From: Eledone cirrhosa | Taxonomy: Eukaryota | Length of the DNA stretch: 64,000 nt | Direction of reading: 5' to 3' | Assembly: GCA_964016885.1 (NCBI GenBank) | Contig: OZ024740.1 | Location: 17,360,001 to 17,424,000 of the forward strand | Made by a program: the position numbers and the translations under genes | The notes under the pieces: generated by a model | What the model saw: only the letters and a program-made list of their open reading frames with translations | What the model was told of the DNA's origin: nothing | Databases searched by the model: none | Shown here: piece by piece, positions 53,901-64,000 of the stretch | How positions within the stretch are numbered: position 1 is the stretch's first letter | Layout: the number at the start of each line of letters is the position of its first letter

Positions 53901-55200
53901 TGAGGTAGACATAGCTCTCTTGTAGACACCAACACAGCATTGTGTCTGGTCTTGAGGTAGACATAGCTCTCTTGTAGACACCAACACAGCATTGTTTGTG
54001 GTCTTGATGTAGACTGAGCTCTCTTGTAGACGCCAACACAGCATTGTGTGTGGTCTTGAGGTAGACTTAGCTCTCTTGTAGACGCCAACACAGAATTGTG
54101 TGTGGTCTTGAGGTAGACTTAGCTCTCTTGTGGACACCAACACAGCATTGTGTGTGGTCTTGAGGTAGACTTAGCTCTCTTGAGGACGCCAACACAGCAT
54201 CGTGTGTTTTCTTGAGGTAGACTTAGCTCTCTTGTAGACACCAACACAGCATTGTGTGTGGTCTTGAGGCAGACTTAGCTCTCTTGTAGACACCAACACA
54301 GCATTGTGTGTGGTCTTGAGGTAGACTTAGCTCTCTTGTAGACACCAACACAGCATTGTGAGTGGTCTTCAGGTAGACTTAGCTCTCTTGTAGACACCAA
54401 CACACAGCATTGTGTGTGGTTTTGAGGTAGACATAGCTCTCTTGTAGACACCAACACAGCATTGTGTGTCGTCTTGCGGTAGACTTAGCTCTCTTGTAGA
54501 CACCAACACAGCATTGTGTGTGGTCTTAAGGTAGCCTTAGCTCTCGTAGACACCAACACTGCATTGTGTGTGGTCTTGAGGTAGACTTAGCTCTCTTGTA
54601 GACACCACACTGCATTGTGTGTGGGCTTGAGGTAGACTTAGCTCTCTTGTAGACACCAACACAGCATTGTGTGTGGTCTTGAGATAGACTTAGCTCTCTT
54701 GTAGACACCAACACAGCATTGTGTCTAGTCTTGAGGTAGACTTAGTTCTCTTGTAGACACCAACACTGCATTGTGTGTGGTCTTGAGGTAGACTTAGCTC
54801 TCTTGTAGACACCAACTCAGCATTGTCTGTGGTCTTGAGGTAGACTTAGCTCTCTTGTGGACACCAACACAGCATTGTGTGTGGTATTGAGGTAGACTTA
54901 GATCTCTTGTAGACACCAACACAACATTGTGTCTGGTTTTGAGGTAGACTTAGCTCTCTTGTAGACACCAACACAGCATTGTGTGTGGTCTTGAGGTAGA
55001 CTTAGCTCTCTTGTAGACACCATCACAGCATTGTGTGTGGTCTTGAGGACACCAACACAGCATTGTGTCTGGTTTTGAGGTAGACTTAGCTCTCTTGTAG
55101 ACACCAACACAGCATTGTGTGTGGTCTTGAGGTAGACTTAGCTCTCTTGTAGACACCAACACAGCATTGTGTGTGGTCTTGAGGTAGACTTAGCTCTCTT
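50960..55200 (+). repeat. Second occurrence of the 2,215-bp (43-monomer) tandem unit
   Basis: ORF pairs 51072/53287, 51540/53755, 52060/54275, 52683/54898. Landmarks at 52685/54900. Confidence 0.88.
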
Positions 55201-58200
55201 GTAGACACCAACACAGCATTGTGTGTGGTCTTGAAGTAGACTTAGCTCTCTTGAGGACACCAACACAGCATTGTGTGTGGTCTTGAGGTAGACTTAGCTC
55301 TCTTGAGGACACCAACACAGCATTGTGTCTGGTTTTGAGGTAGACTTAGCTCTCTTGTAGACACCAACACAGCATTGTGTGAGGTCTTGTGGTAGACATA
55401 GCTGTCTTGTAGACACCAACACAGCATTGTGTGTGGTCTTAAGGTAGACTTAGCTCTCTTGTAGACACCAACACAGCATTGTGTCTGGTCTTGAGGTAGA
55501 CTTATCTCTCTTGTAGACACCAACACAGCACTGTGTGTGGTCTTGAGGTAGACATAGCTCTCTTGTAGACACCAACACAGCATTGTGTCTGGTCTTGAGG
55601 TAGACATAGCTCTCTTGTAGACACCAACACAGCATTGTTTGTGGTCTTGAGGTAGACTTAGCTCTCTTGTGGACACCAACACAGCATTGTGTGTGGTCTT
55701 GAGGTAGACTTAGCTCTCTTGTAGACACCAACACAGCATTGTGTGTGGTCTTGAGGCAGACTTAGCTCTCTTGTAGACACCAACACAGCATTGTGTGTGG
55801 TCTTGAGGTAGACTTAGCTCTCTTGTAGACACCAACACAGCATTGTGTGTGGTCTTGCGGTAGACTTAGCTCTCTTGTAGACACCAACACAGCATTGTGT
55901 CTGGTCTTGAGGTAGACATAGCTCTCTTGTAGACACCAACACAGCATTGTGTGTGGTCTTGAGGTAGACTTAGCTCTCTTGTAGACACCAACACAGCATT
56001 GTGTGTGGTCTTTAGGTTGACTTAGCTCTCTTGTAGACACCAACACAGCATCGTGTGTGGTCTTGAGGTAGACTTAGCTCTCTTGTAGACACCAACAGAG
56101 CATTGTGTCTGGTCTTGAGGTAGACATAGCTCTCTTGTAGACACCAACACAGCATTGTGTGTGGTCTTGAGATAAACTTAGCTCTCTTGTAGACACCAAC
56201 ACAGCATTGTGTGTGGTCTTGAGGTAGCCTTAGCTCTATTGTAGACACCAACACTGCATTGTGTGTGGTCTTCAGGTAGACTTAGCTCTCTTGTAGACAC
56301 CAACACAGCATTGTGTGTGGTCTTGAAGTAGACTTAGCTCTCTTGAGGACACCAACACAGCATTGTGTGTGGTCTTGAGGTAGACTTAGCTCTCTTGAGG
56401 ACACCAACACAGCATTGTGTCTGGTTTTGAGGTAGACTTAGCTCTCTTGTAGACACCAACACAGCATTGTGTGTGGTCTTGTGGTAGACATAGCTGTCTT
56501 GTAGACACCAACACAGCATTGTGTGTGGTCTTAAGGTAGACTTAGCTCTCTTGTAGACACCAACACAGCACTGTGTGTGGTCTTGAGGTAGACATAGCTC
56601 TCTTGTAGACACCAACACAGCATTGTGTCTGGTCTTGAGGTAGACATAGCTCTCTTGTAGACACCAACACAGCATTGTTTGTGGTCTTGATGTAGACTGA
56701 GCTCTCTTGTAGACGCCAACACAGCATTGTGTGTGGTCTTGAGGTAGACTTAGCTCTCTTGTAGACGCCAACACAGAATTGTGTGTGGTCTTGAGGTAGA
56801 CTTAGCTCTCTTGTGGACACCAACACAGCATTGTGTGTGGTCTTGAGGTAGACTTAGCTCTCTTGAGGACGCCAACACAGCATCGTGTGTTTTCTTGAGG
56901 TAGACTTAGCTCTCTTGTAGACACCAACACACAGCATTGTGTGTGGTTTTGAGGTAGACATAGCTCTCTTGTAGACACCAACACAGCATTGTGTGTCGTC
57001 TTGCGGTAGACTTAGCTCTCTTGTAGACACCAACTCAGCATTGTCTGTGGTCTTGAGGTAGACTTAGCTCTCTTGTAGACACCAACACAGCATTGTGTCT
57101 GGTCTTGAGGTAGACATAGCTCTCTTGTAGACACCAACACAGCATTGTGTGTGGTCTTGAGGTAGACTTAGCTCTCTTGTAGACACCAACACAGCATTGT
57201 GTGTGGTCTTGAGGTTGACTTAGCTCTCTTGTAGACACCAACACAGCATCGTGTGTGGTCTTGAGGTAGACTTAGCTCTCTTGTAGACACCAACAGAGCA
57301 TTGTGTGTGGTCTTGAGATAGACTTAGCTCTCTTGTAGACACCAACACAGCATTGTGTGTGGTCTTGAGGTAGACTTAGCTCTCGTAGACACCAACACTG
57401 CATTGTGTGTGGTCTTGAGGTAGACTTAGCTCTCTTGTAGACACCACACTGCATTGTGTGTGGGCTTGAGGTAGACTTAGCTCTCTTGTAGACACCAACA
57501 CAGCATTGTGTGTGGTCTTGAGATAGACTTAGCTCTCTTGTAGACACCAACACAGCATTGTGTCTAGTCTTGAGGTAGACTTAGTTCTCTTGTAGACACC
57601 AACACTGCATTGTGTGTGGTCTTGAGGTAGACTTAGCTCTCTTGTAGACACCAACTCAGCATTGTCTGTGGTCTTGAGGTAGACTTAGCTCTCTTGTGGA
57701 CACCAACACAGCATTGTGTGTGGTATTGAGGTAGACTTAGATCTCTTGTAGACACCAACACAGCATTGTGTGTGGTCTTGAGGTAGCCTTAGCTCTCTTG
57801 TAGACACCAACACTGCATTGTGTGTAGTCTTGAGGTAGACTTAGCTCTCTTGTAGACACCAACACAGCATTGTGTGTGGTCTTGAGGTAGACATAGCTCT
57901 CTTGTAGACACCAACACAGCATTGTGTGTGGTCTTGAGGTAGACATAGCTCTCTTGTAGACACCAACACAGCATTGTGTCTGGTCTTGAGGTAGACTTAG
58001 CTCTCTTGTAGACACCGACACAGCATTGTGTGTGGTCTTGAGGTAGACTTAGCTCTCTTGTAGACACCAACACAGAATTGTGTGTGGTCTTGAGGTAGAC
58101 TTAGCTCTCTTGTAGACACCAACACAGCATTGTGTGTGGTCTTGAGGTAGACTTAGCTCTCTTGTAGACACCAACACAGCATTGTGTGTGGTCTTGAGGT

Positions 58201-60636
58201 AGACTTAGCTCTCTTGTAGACGCCAACACAGAATTGTGTGTGGTCTTGAGGTAGACTTAGCTCTCTTGTGGACACCAACACAGCATTGTGTGTGGTCTTG
58301 AGGTAGACTTAGCTCTCTTGAGGACGCCAACACAGCATCGTGTGTTTTCTTGAGGTAGACTTAGCTCTCTTGTAGACACCAACACAGCATTGTGTGTGGT
58401 CTTGAGGCAGACTTAGCTCTCTTGTAGACACCAACACAGCATTGTGTTTGGTCTTGAGGTAGACTTAGCTCTCTTGTAGACACCAACACAGCATTGTGAG
58501 TGGTCTTCAGATAGACTTAGCTCTCTTGTAGACACCAACACACAGCATTGTGTGTGGTTTTGAGGTAGACATAGCTCTCTTGTAGACACCAACACAGCAT
58601 TGTGTGTGGTCTTGCGGTAGACTTAGCTCTCTTGTAGACACCAACTCAGCATTGTCTGTGGTCTTGAGGTAGACTTAGCTCTCTTGTAGACACCAACACA
58701 GCATTGTGTCAGGTCTTGAGGTAGACATAGCTCTCTTGTAGACACCAACACAGCATTGTGTGTGGTCTTGAGGTAGACTTAGCTCTCTTGTAGACACCAA
58801 CACAGCATTGTGTGTGGTCTTGAGGTTGACTTAGCTCTCTTGTAGACACCAACACAGCATTGTGTGTGGTCTTGAGGTAGACATATTTCTCTTGTAGACA
58901 CCAACACAGCATTGTGTGTGGTCTTGAGGTAGACTTAGCTCTCTTGTAGACACCAACACAGCATTGTGTGTGGTCTTGAGGTTGACTTAGCTCTCTTGTA
59001 GACACCAACACAGCATTGTGTGTGGTCTTGAGGTAGACATAGCTCTCTTGTAGACACCAACACAGCATTGTGTGTGGTCTTGAGGTAGACTTAGCTCTCT
59101 TGTAGACACCAACACAGCATTGTGTGTGGTCTTGAGGTAGACATAGCTCTCTTGTAGACACCAACACAGCATTGTGTGTGGTCTTGAGGTAGACTTAGCT
59201 CTCTTGTAGACACCAACACAGCATTGTGTGTGGTCTTGAGGTAGACATAGCTCTCTTGTAGACACCAACACAGCATCGTGTGTGGTCTTGAGGTAGACTT
59301 AGCTCTCTTGTAGATACCAACAGAGCATTGTGTGTGGTCTTGAGATAGACTTAGCTCTCTTGTAGACACCAACACAGCATTGTGTGTGGTCTTGAGGTAG
59401 CCTTAGCTCTCTTGTAGACACCAACACAGCATTGTTTGTGGTCTTGATGTAGACTGAGCTCTCTTGTAGACGCCAACACAGCATTGTGTGTGGTCTTGCG
59501 GTAGACTTAGCTCTCTTGTAGACACCAACAGAGCATTGTGTGTGGTCTTCAGATAGACTTAGCTCTCTTGTAGACACCAACACAGCATTGTGTGTGGTCT
59601 TGAGGTAGCCTTAGCTCTCTTGTAGACACCAACAGAGCATTGTGTGTGGTCTTGAGATAGACTTAGCTCTCTTGTAGACACCAACACAGCATTGTTTGTG
59701 GTCTTGATGTAGACTGAGCTCTCTTGTAGACGCCAACACAGCATTGTGTGTGGTCTTGAGGTAGACTTAGCTCTCTTGTAGACGCCAACACAGAATTGTG
59801 TGTGGTCTTGAGGTAGACTTAGCTCTCTTGTGGACGCCAACACAGCATCGTGTGTTTTCTTGAGGTAGACTTAGCTGTCTTGTAGACACCAACACAGCAT
59901 TGTGTGTGGTCTTGAGGCAGACTTAGCTCTCTTGTAGACACCAACACAGCATTGTGTGTGGTCTTGAGGTAGACTTAGCTCTCTTGTAGACACCAACACA
60001 GCATTGTGAGTGGTCTTCAGGTAGACTTAGCTCTCTTGTAGACACCAACACACAGCATTGTGTGTGGTTTTGAGGTAGACATAGCTCTCTTGTAGACACC
60101 AACACAGCATTGTGTGTCGTCTTGCGGTAGACTTAGCTCTCTTGTAGACACCAACTCAGCATTGTCTGTGGTCTTGAGGTAGACTTAGCTCTCTTGTAGA
60201 CACCAACACAGCATTGTGTCTGGTCTTGAGGTAGACATAGCTCTCTTGTAGACACCAACACAGCATTGTGTGTGGTCTTGAGGTAGACTTAGCTCTCTTG
60301 TAGACACCAACACAGCATTGTGTGTGGTCTTGAGGTTGACTTAGCTCTCTTGTAGACACCAACACAGCATCGTGTGTGGTCTTGAGGTAGACTTAGCTCT
60401 CTTGTAGACACCAACAGAGCATTGTGTGTGGTCTTGAGATAGACTTAGCTCTCTTGTAGACACCAACACAGCATTGTGTGTGGTCTTGAGGTAGCCTTAG
60501 CTCTCGTAGACACCAACACTGCATTGTGTGTGGTCTTGAGGTAGACTTAGCTCTCTTGTAGACACCAACACAGCATTGTGTGTGGTCTTCAGGTAGACTT
60601 AGCTCTCTTGTAGACACCAACACAGCATTGTGTGTG

Positions 60637-60882
60637 GTCTTGAGGTAGCCTTAGCCCTCTTGTAGACACCAACACTACATTGTGTGTGGTCTTGAGGTAG
60701 ACTTAGCTCTGTTGTAGACACCAACACACCATTGTTTGTGGTCTTGAGGCAGACTTAGCTCTCTTGTAGACACCAACACTGCATTGTGTGTGGTCTTGAG
60801 GTAGACATAGCTCTCTTGAGGACACCAACACAGCATTGTGTGTGGTCTTGGGGTAGCCTTAGCTATCTTGTAGACACCAACA
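60637..60882 (+). repeat. Island of about 5 more diverged monomers (copy 2)
   Basis: Same private variants as 47,570-47,815 at offset 13,067. The ORFs 47608..47865 and 60675..60932 are identical. Confidence 0.9.
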
Positions 60883-63800
60883 CAGCATTGTGTGTCGTCT
60901 TGCGGTAGACTTAGCTCTCTTGTAGACACCAACTCAGCATTGTCTGTGGTCTTAAGGTAGACTTAGCTCTCTTGTAGACACCAACACAGCATTGTGTCTG
61001 GTCTTGAGGTAGACTTATCTCTCTTGTAGACACCAACACAGCACTGTGTGTGGTCTTGAGGTAGACATAGCTCTCTTGTAGACACCAACACAGCATTGTG
61101 TCTGGTCTTGAGGTAGACATAGCTCTCTTGTAGACACCAACACAGCATTGTTTGTGGTCTTGAGGTAGACTTAGCTCTCTTGTGGACACCAACACAGCAT
61201 TGTGTGTGGTCTTGAGGTAGACTTAGCTCTCTTGTAGACACCAACACAGCATTGTGTGTGGTCTTGAGGCAGACTTAGCTCTCTTGTAGACACCAACACA
61301 GCATTGTGTGTGGTCTTGAGGTAGACTTAGCTCTCTTGTAGACACCAACACAGCATTGTGAGTGGTCTTCAGGTAGACTTAGCTCTCTTGTAGACAACAA
61401 CACACAGCATTGTGTGTGGTCTTGAGGTAGACATAGCTCTCTTGTAGACACCAACACAGCATTGTGTGTGGTCTTGCGGTAGACTTAGCTCTCTTGTAGA
61501 CACCAACACAGCATTGTGTCTGGTCTTGAGGTAGACATAGCTCTCTTGTAGACTCCAACACAGCATTGTGTGTGGTCTTGAGGTAGACTTAGCTCTCTTG
61601 TAGACACCAACACAGCATTGTGTGTGGTCTTTAGGTTGACTTAGCTCTCTTGTAGACACCAACACAGCATCGTGTGTGGTCTTGAGGTAGACTTAGCTCT
61701 CTTGTAGACACCAACAGAGCATTGTGTCTGGTCTTGAGGTAGACATAGCTCTCTTGTAGACACCAACACAGCATTGTGTGTGGTCTTGAGATAAACTTAG
61801 CTCTCTTGTAGACACCAACACAGCATTGTGTGTGGTCTTGAGGTAGCCTTAGCTCTATTGTAGACACCAACACTGCATTGTGTGTGGTCTTCAGGTAGAC
61901 TTAGCTCTCTTGTAGACACCAACACAGCATTGTGTGTGGTCTTGAAGTAGACTTAGCTCTCTTGAGGACACCAACACAGCATTGTGTGTGGTCTTGAGGT
62001 AGACTTAGCTCTCTTGAGGACACCAACACAGCATTGTGTCTGGTTTTGAGGTAGACTTAGCTCTCTTGTAGACACCAACACAGCATTGTGTGTGGTCTTG
62101 TGGTAGACATAGCTGTCTTGTAGACACCAACACAGCATTGTGTGTGGTCTTAAGGTAGACTTAGCTCTCTTGTAGACACCAACACAGCACTGTGTGTGGT
62201 CTTGAGGTAGACATAGCTCTCTTGTAGACACCAACACAGCATTGTGTCTGGTCTTGAGGTAGACATAGCTCTCTTGTAGACACCAACACAGCATTGTTTG
62301 TGGTCTTGATGTAGACTGAGCTCTCTTGTAGACGCCAACACAGCATTGTGTGTGGTCTTGAGGTAGACTTAGCTCTCTTGTAGACGCCAACACAGAATTG
62401 TGTGTGGTCTTGAGGTAGACTTAGCTCTCTTGTGGACACCAACACAGCATTGTGTGTGGTCTTGAGGTAGACTTAGCTCTCTTGTAGACACCAACACAGC
62501 ATTGTGTGTGGTCTTGAGGTAGACTTAGCTCTCTTGTAGACACCAACACAGCACTGTGTGTGGTCTTGAGGTAGACATAGCTCTCTTGTAGACACCAACA
62601 CAGCATTGTGTCTGGTCTTGAGGTAGACATAGCTCTCTTGTAGACACCAACACAGCATTGTTTGTGGTCTTGATGTAGACTGAGCTCTCTTGTAGACGCC
62701 AACACAGCATTGTGTGTGGTCTTGAGGTAGACTTAGCTCTCTTGTAGACGCCAACACAGAATTGTGTGTGGTCTTGAGGTAGACTTAGCTCTCTTGTGGA
62801 CACCAACACAGCATTGTGTGTGGTCTTGAGGTAGACTTAGCTCTCTTGAGGACGCCAACACAGCATCGTGTGTTTTCTTGAGGTAGACTTAGCTCTCTTG
62901 TAGACACCAACACAGCATTGTGTGTGGTCTTGAGGCAGACTTAGCTCTCTTGTAGACACCAACACAGCATTGTGTGTGGTCTTGAGGTAGACTTAGCTCT
63001 CTTGTAGACACCAACACAGCATTGTGAGTGGTCTTCAGGTAGACTTAGCTCTCTTGTAGACACCAACACACAGCATTGTGTGTGGTTTTGAGGTAGACAT
63101 AGCTCTCTTGTAGACACCAACACAGCATTGTGTGTCGTCTTGCGGTAGACTTAGCTCTCTTGTAGACACCAACACAGCATTGTGTGTGGTCTTAAGGTAG
63201 CCTTAGCTCTCGTAGACACCAACACTGCATTGTGTGTGGTCTTGAGGTAGACTTAGCTCTCTTGTAGACACCACACTGCATTGTGTGTGGGCTTGAGGTA
63301 GACTTAGCTCTCTTGTAGACACCAACACAGCATTGTGTGTGGTCTTGAGATAGACTTAGCTCTCTTGTAGACACCAACACAGCATTGTGTCTAGTCTTGA
63401 GGTAGACTTAGTTCTCTTGTAGACACCAACACTGCATTGTGTGTGGTCTTGAGGTAGACTTAGCTCTCTTGTAGACACCAACTCAGCATTGTCTGTGGTC
63501 TTGAGGTAGACTTAGCTCTCTTGTGGACACCAACACAGCATTGTGTGTGGTATTGAGGTAGACTTAGATCTCTTGTAGACACCAACACAACATTGTGTCT
63601 GGTTTTGAGGTAGACTTAGCTCTCTTGTAGACACCAACACAGCATTGTGTGTGGTCTTGAGGTAGACTTAGCTCTCTTGTAGACACCAACACAGCATTGT
63701 GTGTGGTCTTGAGGTAGACTTAGCTCTCTTGAGGACACCAACACAGCATTGTGTCTGGTTTTGAGGTAGACTTAGCTCTCTTGTAGACACCAACACAGCA

Positions 63801-64000
63801 TTGTGTGTGGTCTTGAGGTAGACTTAGCTCTCTTGTAGACACCAACACAGCATTGTGTGTGGTCTTGAGGACACCAACACAGCATTGTGTCTGGTTTTGA
63901 GGTAGACTTAGCTCTCTTGTAGACACCAACACAGCATTGTGTGTGGTCTTGAGGTAGACTTAGCTCTCTTGTAGACACCAACACAGCATTGTGTGTGGTC

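Larger units (their letters stand above)
41220..62500 (+). repeat. About 8-kb block recopied at offset 12,651-13,067 bp (about 41,220-49,400 matches about 53,870-62,500)
   Basis: ORF pairs 41208/53859, 42247/54898 (12,651); 44047/56802, 44982/57737, 45658/58413 (12,755); 46232/59299, 47608/60675, 48886/61953 (13,067). The offsets step by whole monomers (+104, +312). Confidence 0.9.
1..64000 (+). repeat. Tandem satellite array of a 52-bp monomer (about 1,230 copies, single orientation, extends beyond both window edges)
   Basis: Positions 1-52 (GTGGTCTTGAGGTAGACTTAGCTCTCTTGTAGACACCAACACAGCATTGTGT) recur with period 52 throughout. Most monomers differ from consensus at 0-3 positions. The only length variants seen are +2 (extra CA), -2 (CTCTCGTAG), -1 (CACCACAC) and -20 bp. 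Confidence 0.99.

Noticed and set aside
434-63984. Hundreds of Cys-rich minus-strand ORFs (60-250 aa) as genes or metal-binding proteins
   Set aside because: They are translations of the 52-bp repeat. They overlap in all three frames with the same peptide, mostly begin at a GTG within the repeat, end at the monomer's stop, and show no recognisable domain.
1-64000. CRISPR array
   Set aside because: There are no unique spacers, the entire 52 bp is repeated, and no cas-like ORF is present.
1-64000. Canonical telomeric repeat or telomerase product
   Set aside because: There are no TTAGGG/TTAGG-type short tandem runs. Variants are inherited in multi-kb blocks, which indicates DNA-level duplication rather than repeated copying of a short template.
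1-64000. Rolling-circle or amplification concatemer artefact of one small circle, or a synthetic array
   Set aside because: A single template would give one fixed period with random errors. Here there are many nested periods and lineage-like shared variants. Local mis-assembly of individual blocks is still possible.
1-64000. Embedded transposon, inversion or unique island
   Set aside because: Reading through the window, I found no departure from the monomer and no strand switch; the ORF track is uniformly minus-strand repeat peptide.

Overview
The whole 64-kb window is one uninterrupted, head-to-tail tandem array (satellite or giant minisatellite) of a 52-bp monomer, consensus GTGGTCTTGAGGTAGACTTAGCTCTCTTGTAGACACCAACACAGCATTGTGT (24/52 = 46% GC, no CpG). 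It holds about 1,230 copies, all in one orientation, and runs off both ends of the window. I saw no unique sequence, transposon insertion, inversion, RNA gene, CRISPR spacer or credible protein-coding gene. The Cys-rich minus-strand ORFs are by-products of the repeat. The information lies in a few dozen recurrent monomer variants that occur in fixed ordered cassettes. These reveal nested higher-order duplications with offsets of 156, 208, 364, 1,250, 2,215, about 4,245, about 4,700, about 5,128, about 5,950, 9,081 and about 12,700-13,070 bp. They also show a recurring 20-bp microhomology-bounded deletion monomer, a spatial gradient of variant families and a twice-occurring diverged island. I do not recognise the family or the organism. 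Nothing here shows a new enzymatic system. The plausible novelty is an apparently uncatalogued 52-bp satellite with irregular higher-order structure, whose function is untested. Offsets come from the ORF track and hand-read landmarks, not from alignment software.
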